DNA of 64,000 bases, from assembly GCF_001194135.2 (NCBI RefSeq), contig NC_068987.1, positions 93,393,795-93,457,794 of the forward strand, written 5' to 3'. Shown here piece by piece: positions 11,591 through 24,844 of the stretch (positions within the stretch are counted from its first letter, which is position 1; every line of letters starts with the position of its first letter). This DNA comes from Octopus bimaculoides (taxonomy: Eukaryota). A model generated the notes under the pieces. That model had not been told where the DNA came from. It searched no databases and saw nothing but the letters and a program-made list of their open reading frames with translations. The translations under genes were made by a program, and so were the position numbers.

Positions 11591-11802
11591 TTTATATCCG
11601 AAGCCATCTCTTTATACATGCCCTGATAATTTCACACAGACTTGGTTCTGTTGTCTCGTTTTATTTAACATGTACATTACTCATACACGACCCGCATTAG
11701 ACTCCTCACTCGTACCATTATTGAACCGAGAGTTTAACTACGGTCCTCCCATAGTACTTACATAGCGTTACCTACCACCTTGGGTCTTCTGAATACCAAT
11801 GC

Positions 11803-11810
<8 letters not shown>
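11585..11810 (+). mobile_element. Hammerhead-associated short repeat (family 2), ribozyme core partly deleted
   Basis: ttgtctcgttttatttaacatgtac..gcattagactcctcactc..ttattgaaccgagagtttaacta aligns with 53990-54095; ends in (TA)n. Confidence 0.7.
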
Positions 11811-11834
<24 letters not shown>

Positions 11835-11879
11835 CCAATATATATGAATATATAGATAGGTTTGTATATACACATATGC

Positions 11880-12065
11880 CACTGAGCTTTCGCATTTAAC
11901 GAGCCGAGCAAAATGCTTTGCATTATTTCATCCATCCTTACGTTCTCAGTTGAAATCTCCATTTTGCCTTTCGGTCTTTCGAGGTCGACAAAAGGAGTCC
12001 TAGTTGAGTCCCAGTTGGGGTCGTAGTACCCTCTCCACCTAACTTGCTGGTTTTGTCAAAATTTG
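11880..12065 (+). mobile_element. Degenerate SINE (family C)
   Basis: ccgagcaaaatgctt..ttacgttctcagttgaaat..ttttgcctttc..tttcgaggtcgac matches the reverse complement of the copies at 52086, 53016 and 56951. Confidence 0.6.
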
Positions 12066-13221
12066 ACGTTGACGTGTATGCATGTATGTACATATATATA
12101 CATGTTCTCGTTTCTCTTTTTTTCACGTTTTTTTTTTGTCCTGTACCCATATATGCATGTATATGTACTTATATATGTAGGTATGTACATATATGTATGT
12201 ATATATGCATATACTTCTATATTATTTATATTATGATATATATATATATATATATANNNNNNNNNNNNNNNNNNNNNNNNNNNNNNNNNNNNNNNNNNNN
12301 NNNNNNNNNNNNNNNNNNNNNNNNNNNNNNNNNNNNNNNNNNNNNNNNNNNNNNNNNNNNNNNNNNNNNNNNNNNNNNNNNNNNNNNNNNNNNNNNNNNN
12401 NNNNNNGTGTGTGTGTGTGTACGTATATATGTATAGGCGTATGTATTATGTACAAACAATTACTAAAACCTACTTCATCTCTACACATTAAGCCAGCACA
12501 CGTGTTTAAAAATTTGAACAGCGAAAGCTGCTATACATAAGATATACACTATACATGTGTGTGTGCGTGTCCCTGTATGTGTGTTTCTATCTGTATGTGT
12601 GTGTGTGTCTGTGTGTGTGTGTGTGTGTGTGTGCGTGTGTGTGTGTGTGTGTGTGTGGGTGTGTATGTATGTGTGTATGTATGTGTATAGAAAGAGAGAA
12701 AGGGAGCAGTAAGAGTGATAGGTAGAGGGAGAGATATAAGCATTCGTATGGGTCGGGTCTTGTTCAATTATAATGTCCGATGTGGTTATGTGGCTCCGTA
12801 CGTGCTTGTCCCTTTCATTAACTTTAATAAGTCTGTATCGGATATTTGGATATACATTTGTAACGTATCGTATCATATATGTTTCTAGGACTCCAGGACC
12901 CATGTTCACGGCAAACAAAGGGGAAAAAAAACAAGCATTTGTTTCCATTTCCTTGACTTCTGTAAACTGCAATCACGAAATGGAATTTTTCAAGCATCCA
13001 CTGATTGGAGCAATGATATATTATGCAACGATGCAAGAAGACCTCCTCACTGGGGGCTGCAATTTCCTTTACAATGAATGTAGTCATGCCACTGTGCAGA
13101 AACATAATTGCAGAATACATATTTATTATCCTTCCTATTGTTGTTTTCATGGCGTTGTATATATCTTTGTTTCTGTCTATCTGCCTCTCTTTCCATATAT
13201 GTGTGTACCTGTGTGTGTATG

Positions 13222-13280
<59 letters not shown>

Positions 13281-13404
13281 ATATATATATATAGAGAGAG
13301 AGCGGTCTGGTGTGTACCATTTTGATTCTAGAAAATGTACGGACAATGCTAATTCTACTATGTCTAATATTAATGGAAACTGTAGCAACAACAATAATAA
13401 TAGA

Positions 13405-13442
<38 letters not shown>

Positions 13443-14108
13443 GCAACAGCAGAAGAATGATAAGTGTTACTTCATTCGTTGGTACAAGACGACATATTTT
13501 TAGGGAAGCATACGTTCGAGTTAATTGCTACTTATTTCCGCGGCTCAGTGGAATGCTAAACTCGGCTTAGCAACACACTGCCAGGCATTAATTCCAAATC
13601 TCTGCTACTCTGTCATCAGATGGAACATTTTTTCAGCTTATTTTTCTTACATTTTCAAAATGAAAACTTCCAGAAAGAAAAAAATGTAATATTCGTAAAA
13701 AAAAATATAAGACTATGAGAGAATAAGAAATAATACAGCAATTATGGAATTCCTCACATTGTTTTGAAAGTACAAATTTTTAAAATATCTATGTTGTTAA
13801 TTTTATCATGTTTAGTCTATGCTTGATACGTATCTGGTTCACCTCCCTCTCATGAAAGGATCAGTTATTCGTTTGTAACTGGAGGTTATTTCGTGATCTC
13901 CTTATTGTGTAAAACCACATGAGCCCTCGATTAGAATACCTACATTTACAGGCGTTCCAGCAGTGAACATCACCTCTTTTCCCCCCATCCTTGTGTTTTT
14001 AGGCGGTAGAGTGGATGGATAGTTTGATATTACTTCAATCAGGATGAACACAGACTTTTCATTACCGTCCTATAGTTGCTATTACCCTTGGTTGTTATGT
14101 GCTCTCAG

Positions 14109-14210
14109 ATCGGGAAATATGTACGAGGCAATCCCACGAGGAAAGAAAAGATCGTTTTTACCTGTATTCATATGCTCTAAAGTAATAATCCAACTACACA
14201 TAGTTATGTG
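14109..14210 (+). CDS. Candidate exon (coding status uncertain)
   Basis: Acceptor tgtgctctcag|, strong donor GTG|gtgagt; 102 nt, open only in phase 2-2: SGNMYEAIPRGKKRSFLPVFICSKVIIQLHIVM. Confidence 0.25.
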
Positions 14211-15496
14211 GTGAGTAACATAGTAATTATTTGCTTAATAACTTATACTGTTATTGTACTTAAATAATCCTACTGCATCCTCTTACGGTCGCCTTTTACA
14301 ACACATAGAACAAACGCTGGGTCTAATTATCGAAAAACGTTTTGGCTTTGTTTATGGAAACATTTAAAATTAGTTTTTATTTCTATAATCATGATATAGA
14401 GCAGAATGAAATATGATGCGGAGTATAACGAAAATTCAGCTACGAAACATATTTATAATGCTGTTATCACGGTTTGTAGAGTTAATGATGCTGGGTGAGT
14501 GAGAACTTAACAATCTAAACTATCAATGCATTTAAAAATAAAGGAAAGATATCAGCAAAAATCTTACACATATCCATATGTGCAGGTATATGTGTGTTTG
14601 TCACTGTGTAGTTGAGAAGCATATAATACATGCACAAACGAACGCAAGACAGATATAGAAAGCCACGAACTCCTCATCTGTTATCAGCCAGAAGGTCGAA
14701 CGCAATTTCGCACCATTAACGATAATGATACTTCTCTTCTGATAATATCAGCACAAGAAGGTTCCGGTAAACGGGACCAAAAACTTAACAGTACGAGAAG
14801 GAACTAACAATAAATGAATAAACAAGCCATACACAAGTGTACATACCAACATGAATAAATGTGATTGAAGACGAGACCATTGGTGGGCGGATGAAATGCG
14901 AAGACAAAATAAATAAACAGAATACAGCTTTAGAGAAAGACAGAGACGAAAGTATGGGTACGGCTGAAAGGAAAATTATATATATATATATATATNNNNN
15001 NNNNNNNNNNNNNNNNNNNNNNNNNNNNNNNNNNNNNNNNNNNNNNNNNNNNNNNNNNNNNNNNNNNNNNNNNNNNNNNNNNNNNNNNNNNNNNNNNNNN
15101 NNNNNNNNNNNNNNNNNNNNNNNNNNNNNNNNNNNNNNNNNNNNNNNNNNNNNNNNNNNNNNNNNNNNNNNNNNNNNNNNNNNNNNNNNNNNNNNNNNNN
15201 NNNNNNNNNNNNNNNNNNNNNNNNNNNNNNNNNNNNNNNNNNNNNNNNNNNNNNNNNNNNNNNNNNNNNNNNNNNNNNNNNNNNNNNNNNNNNNNNNNNN
15301 NNNNNNNNNNNNNNNNNNNNNNNNNNNNNNNNNNNNNNNNNNNNNNNNNNNNNNNNNNNNNNNNNNNNNNNNNNNNNNNNNNNNNNNNNNNNNNNNNNNN
15401 NNNNNNNNNNNNNNNNNNNNNNNNNNNNNNNNNNNNNNNNNNNNNNNNNNNNNNNNNNNNNNNNNNNNNNNNNNNNNNNNNNNNNNNNNNNNNNNN

Positions 15497-15575
<79 letters not shown>

Positions 15576-16628
15576 CGTGTGTGTGTACATTTTTAGCAAA
15601 TTGAAAGGTATGGCCTGTCATAGAGTGACCGATGTTTTTGCACCTGTAAGACGGTTAGTATTTTTGGCGACTCGTAAGATTCAGATGATTAAAAGCGCGT
15701 AACGTCTCTACAGCTGGAGGAAGAAATACGTAACGGTCAATTGGTTTTGTAAACAAAAAATAATTATGCGTGCTGTAGTCGGGACGGAATTATCGCCCTT
15801 ACATCAGTTCCAGCTTTGCTGATATTCTAAGGAGCTTGATAGGGCAAGAATCTATAAAATGTCGCTCGATCTAGGGACCTTTTTAAACTACAGTTAAAAT
15901 GCATTAATCTAAAACGTTTCTTTCTACAGACTTGGAATTCCCCATTTGTTGAATAAACCCCCGTTTTATCACAACTTAAATGTAAAAGAGACTTAATTTC
16001 GAGACAACAGGTTCCCTAATTTCTTCTTCCATAGCTTAAATGAATTCCCCGATTAAAGAAAAAGCACAACTAATTTCCGACGTCATAAATGACGCTGCAA
16101 TCGCATTTCTTTCGCACTTAGTTACGTAGTAAGCGCGTCCGACTGAACAACACATTTTGTGGTTCGACAATGCATGTTTATCAGAAATTAATGTACACAC
16201 GCGTACACACATGTGTGAGATAGAAAATGGAAAGGAAGAAAATAAGAAATGATGAAAAACAATTTGAAGAAGGGGTGGAGAAGGAGGAAAATATATAACT
16301 TTCGAGATAAAAATATCGAGTTCAAATATAAACTAAAAGTTAACTATAGTTGTATGTAGATATATGTGTGATAGAAAGAGAGAGAGAGATTGAGAGTGTA
16401 TGTGTAAGCGTGTGTGTACGTACGAGTATATTTCATTATGTTCGGATGATGTTCGTGGTCGTTTTAGGGTGATACATATGAGATAGGGTTTTGTTTTCTT
16501 AATCAGTCTCCATATCAGCGTTTTGTATTTCCATTATGAAATTTGTGATGTAACTGAACAGGTTGTGAGGAGAAAGGGTTTAGGTGAAGCTTTACACACC
16601 ATTTCTCTGTTTCTGTTTTGTTTGTTTC

Positions 16629-16629
<1 letters not shown>

Positions 16630-16682
<53 letters not shown>

Positions 16683-17073
16683 TGTTGTTGTAGTTGGTGT
16701 TGTTGTTGTTGTTGTTGTTGCTGTTGTTGTTGTTGTTGTTGTTTTGCCCACAGGTTATCTCTTCGGAAAACATCTATAAACAAGTCTTTCGAGTCGTGAG
16801 AGCATTGGGCTGAGACACATTTCATTTTGAAGACCTGCATTAAATGCGTCATTCGCCGCCAATGTAAAAGTATATTGATTTGAGGGAGACATGACAACTA
16901 TTTCTAGTAGGTTGACTATTGAATTTGAGGGTCCCTTGCCATTGCTCGATAATGTGTTGTTATTACGGTTCAGTGGAGCAAAACATTACTGAGTCGTGAC
17001 GACCATCCCAATGAGCTGAAGAATTAAGAATATAAATGAAGCGGAAGCAATTAAATAAACAACATGGATGACA

Positions 17074-17123
<50 letters not shown>

Positions 17124-17325
17124 TAGTGGTGGCGTCGGCGTTTTTTTTATATTGTTGTTGTTCGTGGTGGTGTTGGTACTGTTGATCGTGTAGCTGCGAG
17201 AAGAAGAAGAAGAAGAAGAAGAAGAAGAAGAAGAAGAAGAAGAAGAAGAAGAAGAAGAAGAAGAAGAAGAAGAAGAAGAAGAAGAAGAAGAAGAAACAAA
17301 CAAAGAAAGAATTAAAGAAAGAAGT

Positions 17326-17356
<31 letters not shown>

Positions 17357-17532
17357 AGAAGAAAGAAACAAAAAACAAACAAACAAAAAAAGAACGAATG
17401 AAGAATGAAAAAAGGAAAGAAAAGAAGAAACTGAAGGCAGAAAAAAAATACTAAGAGAAATTTTGATGATAACACTGATGGTGATTTTGATGAAGATGCT
17501 GATGATAGCGTTTATTTTTACTATTATTACTA

Positions 17533-17603
<71 letters not shown>

Positions 17604-17807
17604 TTACTTTTTATTGTTGTATACTGGGTACGCTTTGGTTGTTTGTTTTATTGTATACGATATAATTTCGTTATACGTAAAACTCCACACTTTATATCTG
17701 TCTTGTATTCTCAGCCTCATTCTTTGCCCGCGGAGCAAATAAAAGAAAACGTCATCATCATGATTATCATCATTATTATCATTATTATTATTATTTTATT
17801 ATTATTA

Positions 17808-17895
<88 letters not shown>
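16630..17895. repeat. Cluster of trinucleotide microsatellites (GTT/GCT)n, (AGT)n, (GAA)n, (ATT)n
   Basis: Directly visible; interrupted by unique sequence at about 16745-17075. Confidence 0.95.
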
Positions 17896-17963
17896 GTGGG
17901 CGTAGTGACTAAGAGCGCAGTCTACTAACCCCAAGATTCCGAGTTCGATTCCAGACAGTGACT

Positions 17964-18038
<75 letters not shown>

Positions 18039-18200
18039 TTGAAAAATACCTTAGGAATGAGAACACAGGTCCAAAATTTCCCCAAGACACCTGAACAAGC
18101 CTGGAGGGTATATCAGCCGAAAAGTTGTGTAAACAACAAACAAGATGAGGACAAATATCCGTCAAATGTAAATAATGAAAATAATGTAAATAATGCAAAT
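17896..18200 (+). mobile_element. tRNA-headed element with (AAT)n spacer and decayed hammerhead motif (family 3)
   Basis: Head gtgggcgtagtgactaagagcgc..ccgagttcgattccag (B-box at 17941-17952), (AAT)n 17965-18040, then acac-ctgaaca-agcctg-gagggtatat-cagcc-gaaaa-gtt-gtgt at 18087-18130. Confidence 0.7.
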
Positions 18201-19929
18201 AATGTAAATAATATATCTAATTGGTTATGTTTTAGAAACGACTCCGTTTTTTTTTTTTTTCAGTTTATATAAGAAAGTCGTGATGAGTTATAAAATTGAA
18301 TACTGTGTCGTTAGGTACAAATAATTGGCTATATCAGGTGCTAAGTGTAAATGAAAGAGAGAACAAAGTCGGTTAGAAATATAAAATATGGTTTGCTGTA
18401 AAATGTAAAAACGACACAACTAACTATTGCTTCTAATTTGTATTTCCTAAATATCATCGGACTATAGATAACCAAATTACAACAGGCATATAGTCCATTT
18501 TTTGTATTTTAGTGCATTGTTGTACCATTCAAAACTTTTTATTCTTTACATATCTTAACTTTACACATTTCGTTTTGTATTTTTTAGATAATCCAAGCAT
18601 TTTTATTAGATATGATTTACTGCATATGCAAGCAAGGGGTAACAAGAGATTTATGGTTTGGTTATTCCATATTACCTGATATTATTTGATGTTACTCTAT
18701 TATCGTATATAGGGTAAGAAGTGATTCATGTTCTCAGGTCACAAAAAAAGATTTATGTCCCCAATCAAAACTTATTGACGAAGTTTCGATTCAAGTATGG
18801 ATTCCGGAAATCTTGGCACATTTTTGCTTGTTCTAGCACCGGTGAATCGTTTTACCAGATTCCCCATTTTCAGTACTGAAATATGACAGTAAATGTTTGA
18901 AAATGTACAGAGGAACGATGAATATGAAATGCCTTGTTCGTATCTGTCGATATCCATAAGAGTGCTTTTGTCTTGTTTTACAACGTTACCAGTGACATCC
19001 CCTCACAAACCAGGTGGCACACTAACAACCATCAGGAATAGATTATTAATGTTAGTTGACCTGAAAAAACTTCATTTTTATTGATATATCTCCTATTCAT
19101 CTATCATATATGTTGTTGGGTTACATCTTCACAAAGAGTGAATTAAACTTCTGTATCTATCTCTATATGTTCATGAACATATACGGAGGTATAAAGGAAT
19201 AAAAATACGAATACAGTGAGGCGTGAATGTATCAAGGAATGAATGAATAAGTAGATCTATAAATATGTGGCTGAATGGCTGTATAAATGAATGAACTCTA
19301 AAATATATGAATATAGGAATGATTAAATGCATGGATGAACAAATGAATTTATACTTAAGGGAATATTTGGATTAATGTTGTGCTTGGTATTTTCTGGTTC
19401 GAAGTTAAGATGGTGTCAGACAACATGCTGCGGTGACTAGAATTTATATTATCATTCCCTCGTACATCAGACGACATTTCACAACCAAATGGTCCACTTC
19501 AACCAGCTGGAAGCAGACTCAATACAACATTACAACGGGCAATTCTGAATTTTTGCAGAAAACTATAATTGATGAATAATAATCTACCTTGCAATGTTGA
19601 GATACAAATCCTACCACCTACCTAGCATTAAAAAAAAATTCATAGAAACTTTGGCAGGTTAGCTTGAATTTAATTTAATATTAGTGAGGACGAGTTTATT
19701 CACGAAATTACCATAAGATGAGTCGACGTTACAAACATCATGGAAATATTGTCTAGTTTTGAGAACGTGAATAGAAATTAGTTGAGATCGAACTGGAAAA
19801 ATTGCAAATATCCGATGCCACCCACACCCGCACACAACACTTAACCAAGTCGACCACTGTTCTGTAGATACAAAAAGGGGTACAGTTGCACATTTATTTT
19901 TAATCACTACAATTGTTTCAACGGAACGT

Positions 19930-20965
19930 AGTTCTCAAGTGTGTTGGCATCTGATTATGCAACTATTTCCCCGCACTCTGAGACCTCGTTGTGCTTTCTC
20001 AGGTGATATGTAAATATTGTCTCCGTAAGTTTAAAATCTTCGGTTTCTAGAACACTCTGTCCGTCGTGGCCTGAATTTAGTAGTAGCCACTTAGCTTATC
20101 AGGGTGTATTGTTGCTGAAGGACCATTGGCAACCTGTTTTGAATGTGTAAATGTAGTGGAATGGTGATTCTGCTACTGTTAAAGTGGTGGCAAATGTTCA
20201 CTGCTGTTAGCATTCGGTCACCTTCAGAGAGATTATGAATTCACCGAGCCATCCGTACTGTTGTTTTCTCGGAACTACCGTTCTTTGCCAATCTTTGTAT
20301 TGGCCAGTGGCTTGGTAAAGCTTCGATGCTTGAACTCAAGCCGTTTTCCTACATCCTAATTGCTGGCTAATGTTCACGAAGGGCACAATTTGCTGATGAA
20401 GCAATACAATCTTTGATCCAGTAACTGGGCTGATACTACGACGCTTTCCCATTGCGAATTAATGTGTAACGATGCTTGATTATTAAACAAAACAGTTCAG
20501 TACGACCAGCCATATGACCACCCATTTGCTTTATGAATTTGCATAATCTTGGTACGGTCTTAAACTTATTTTGACGACAATTTCTTATCATTTGAATTAA
20601 TTGCACATGAAAATTATTCAAATTGTAGAAAGATATATAATGCCTACACCATTCGAAAGAGACAATAATTCTACATAAACTGTAATAAGCAAAATAATTT
20701 TATTCAGTTTTGCTAAAAATATATTAATGACCAATATCTGTCCACAAATAACTTTTAGAATGAAATCAAGAAAACTGATGTCCTTCTGTCAGAGTCTTCC
20801 TAGTCTTACCCTTCTTCGTTTTGCTCTTCCATCTAGTTTGTGGATGCTGAGGTTCTGGGCCCGGATCACATGACCAAAATGTACAGCAGTTTTCGCAGCC
20901 TTGCCAACAATTTTATTTCCATTCTCAGTTCTGACAATTTTTTGCAATGGTCACTCCAGTTAATC
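19930..20965 (-). mobile_element. Decayed Tc1-like DNA transposon (5' half)
   Basis: ATG at 20452: MGKRRSISPVTGSKIVLLHQQIVPFVNISQQLGCRKTA*VQASKLYQATGQYKDWQRT..PRK, then frameshifted RIHNLSEGDRMLTAVNI; a possible left TIR remnant agtgtggttgattaactggagtgacc near 20940-20965. Confidence 0.75.
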
Positions 20966-22170
20966 AACCACACTCTTTGCTAGCACGTCGTTTCAGATAA
21001 TTTGTGTATATCTATATATGTATGTTTGCATGCATGTATGTATATACATGCGCACACACACACACGCACTCACATACACACACACACAATATAAACATAT
21101 GCTGTTTATAAACATTTTTTTTTATTCTATCAAGCACAGGGAAACCGGGTGACTCAGACACGCACACAGATATATATACACAAACATTTACGTATATGCT
21201 AACTAGTAAAAGAGAACACATCTTACATTTATTGAGTGATAAATTTATTCTGCATATTACAAAGTTCAATATTAAATTGCTGTTGTATTAACATTGTTAA
21301 GTTCGTTGCTGTAGTACACAATCTGACATGTCCATTTTTTAAACTAAACTACATGCTATATCATTTGTAAAGTATTCTTGTGTACAAAATATATCACACA
21401 AATAATCTAACGTTCGGTTTCGTTGCTACGAACGTGCTACATGTATTTATATACAACTAATTCTATCCAGTCGACTTTAGTGAATATTAGTGGGGTTGTT
21501 GTCAACCAATTTGCAGAAAGCTTAAAGTTTATAGAGAGGCTGACGAGTACGTCAAAAAGATTCAAAACGTACAATTATATGTCTCTCTGGTTTTCTATCC
21601 GCTCACATATTGTACAAAAAAATCATTAAAATTCGCGTTATTAAACAGGATATATACAAGTTTAATATACAGTATATAATCTATAGCAACAGTCAGAATT
21701 CGCACCCAAATATATTTCTGCCAACTTAGAAAATGTCACTATTTATAACGTATACTTACGGTTTCTTTAGGTTAGGTATAATCATGGTTATCAAAGGTGA
21801 TAAACATTTAACCAAACTGTAACACATTAGCCACAACCATGCAGGAGTCTGAATTGATGTTTCTAACTTTTTAGGTTCCATTCCAATGCTTGCTTCTCTC
21901 ATTGATTTTAGTTCAAAACACGCGTATAATCTTTTAATTCTTTTTTTCATCGTTTCATATAAAATCTCATTTTCCAGTTCAATGTCCTTGTGTTTAAAGG
22001 ATCAACTTCTTTGTTTTTACGTTTTGTTTCATACATAATGTGTGCAGGTACACACACACACACACATATAGTGAGAAATACATATACATATATGTATATA
22101 TATATATGAAAATATATGTATATACATACATGCATACATATATATGTTGATATAAATGTAAAACATATTC

Positions 22171-22208
<38 letters not shown>

Positions 22209-23172
22209 GCATATAAATGTATATAAGTGTACATACTTATATATATATATGTGTGTGTGTATATATACACTTATATTTATAGATACATACACACGTACAC
22301 TCATATATTATATTATATGTGAATGTAGATATATATGCACGCATGTCAATGTTTGTATATATGCATAGATCTCTGCCTGTCACTGAGCATGTGTGTTTAA
22401 ATGGCGTTTTAGGAAATATCGTTTTTTTGATACAAACGCCACGCGGTTTATTGTAGCTGTTGTTTCTTTAAAATGGAGATAGAATTCTTCAGACATATCG
22501 TTGCCATTGAAACAGGAGAGCCATAAAACAAAGTAAATATTTCCTGTTACATAGTTGTCTTTTGTTTATGTTAATGACGCCTATGTGGTTTGGCGGTTTA
22601 ATGGCAACGTTTAAAATTTTCATTGCCAGTCGTTACAGAGCTTCACTCACGCCACGGTCGTCCCCTCACCATGAGATTCCTTTCAGAAGTTGCTTGAAGA
22701 TATTTTCGATTCAAACCCATTGATGTGTATGTCCCTCAATGAAGCCAACTACAATATGTATGTATGGATTCTAAGTCAGCATGGGGTCAATGCCTGACAA
22801 GAGCAGTAACTGAGCCTCTGTGCATATGTACGCATAAACATGTGCGTGCGCATGCGTAACCTTTCCTTTATGAGGTTGTACTCTCAAACTAGCAATGCGG
22901 TTGTGTGTAATTAAGTTCAGTTGCAGGGCACTGTAAGCCTCCAAGGACATTAAAAGATATTGGTAAGATTCCAACACATGAGCTGATCCAGTGTTGTTCA
23001 ATTCACGATATATCTAAGAAGTTAACGTCTTATATACTTTCCGACCTTTAAGAAGCGAATATACCGAATGCAGATTGACAAACAATAAATTTCAGAAAGA
23101 GGAATATTTTAATAACCTCTTCGCTAAATATTAGATTTTATTTCAAGTTTACATATATATTGAAAAATATAT

Positions 23173-23212
<40 letters not shown>

Positions 23213-23216
23213 ACAG

Positions 23217-23252
<36 letters not shown>

Positions 23253-23823
23253 NNNNNNNNNNNNNNNNNNNNNNNNNNNNNNNNNNNNNNNNNNNNNNNN
23301 NNNNNNNNNNNNNNNNNNNNNNNNNNNNNNNNNNNNNNNNNNNNNNNNNNNNNNNNNNNNNNNNNNNNNNNNNNNNNNNNNNNNNNNNNNNNNNNNNNNN
23401 NNNNNNNNNNNNNNNNNNNNNNNNNNNNNNNNNNNNNNNNNNNNNNNNNNNNNNNNNNNNNNNNNNNNNNNNNNNNNNNNNNNNNNNNNNNNNNNNNNNN
23501 NNNNNNNNNNNNNNNNNNNNNNNNNNNNNNNNNNNNNNNNNNNNNNNNNNNNNNNNNNNNNNNNNNNNNNNNNNNNNNNNNNNNNNNNNNNNNNNNNNNN
23601 NNNNNNNNNNNNNNNNNNNNNNNNNNNNNNNNNNNNNNNNNNNNNNNNNNNNNNNNNNNNNNNNNNNNNNNNNNNNNNNNNNNNNNNNNNNNNNNNNNNN
23701 NNNNNNNNNNNNNNNNNNNNNNNNNNNNNNNNNNNNNNNNNNNNNNNNNNNNNNNNNNNNNNNNNNNNNNNNNNNNNNNNNNNNNNNNNNNNNNNNNNNN
23801 NNNNNNNNNNNNNNNNNNNNNNN

Positions 23824-24115
23824 GTCTGTGTTAAGCAGGAAATGTTGTGTCAAAACAGGAAGTGTGTGTAAGGGGAGACAAGTGTTTTTAGTTGGAGTTA
23901 TGAACTCTTTTCTTCCCAACAGGAAGTTTGTGTCTGTTCATAGAGGAATAAGGTCACTGAGGGGTGGGTGTGTTAAGAAATGGTTGGAATTTCTCTATGA
24001 AAAGATTCTCCTTGTTGATTCTTTCTTGTGTGGAGATTCTGTCTTTACATTGATAGAAAGGGAATATAATGAATTTAGGGTTTTTGTTTCTGGCGCAAGA
24101 GTCTACGTGGCCACT
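23824..24115 (-). mobile_element. Penelope-like element 3' fragment (GIY-YIG C-terminus plus 3' UTR)
   Basis: 23954-24115 reads SGHVDSCARNKNPKFIIFPFYQCKDRISTQERINKENLFIEKFQPFLNTPTPQ*, with the R..KE..FI....P.LN ending typical of PLE endonucleases; paralogous to 46968-47180. Confidence 0.7.
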
Positions 24116-24139
24116 CAGTGGCCACAGAACCATGTGTCT

Positions 24140-24198
24140 CAGTGGCCCAGAACCATGTGTCTGAGACGCTAACTTCTTACCTCATAACCACGCCTGCG
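24140..24198 (-). mobile_element. SINE family A head fragment
   Basis: cgcaggcgtggttatgaggtaagaagttagcg..cacatggttctggg..ccactg matches the head at 3024-3090; followed by a roughly 23-bp tandem duplication. Confidence 0.65.
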
Positions 24199-24577
24199 GC
24201 TCATGGTACAACATACATACATACATACACACATACATATATACATACATACATAATACATACATAAATACATACACTCGTGCTTTTACGATCACAGAGG
24301 ACATATTTCGAATTCTCTTTCTTCTTTTGTCCTTTCTTTTCCGGTTTTAACCCTTTTATATTTTGCATCCATCTTCCTCTTTTTTTTCCGCGTGATTTCT
24401 CTTGTTCTACTGGCCTAATATATATAGCTTGTATCGGCCATGAGCTCAGAGGCCGGAGATTGCTTGGAGACACTGGACCTATCATCAAAAGCGCTACCTA
24501 AATAATATCACCACGTATAGAAATATAGGTAGGTCATAGCTATGTAATCTGTACATTGAATGGGAAGGTTAGCCACA

Positions 24578-24625
<48 letters not shown>

Positions 24626-24844
24626 ATTATTCAATTTTATTTCAAGATTTCTTGCCAATAGAGAAAGAAACGTTTTCTAACCTTGACCACACGCTCCTTC
24701 ACTGGAATTTCAACATCAACAACATGGTATTTTTGTTTGTTTGTATGTATGTATGTATGTATGTATGTATGTGCAGATTTGTATGTTTTGTATATGTATT
24801 CTCATACATATAGTTGCATATCTAGACATGCTCGCATATATATA

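Noticed and set aside
17896-17960. Possible tRNA gene
   Set aside because: No closable acceptor stem or proper anticodon arm; treated as a SINE head.
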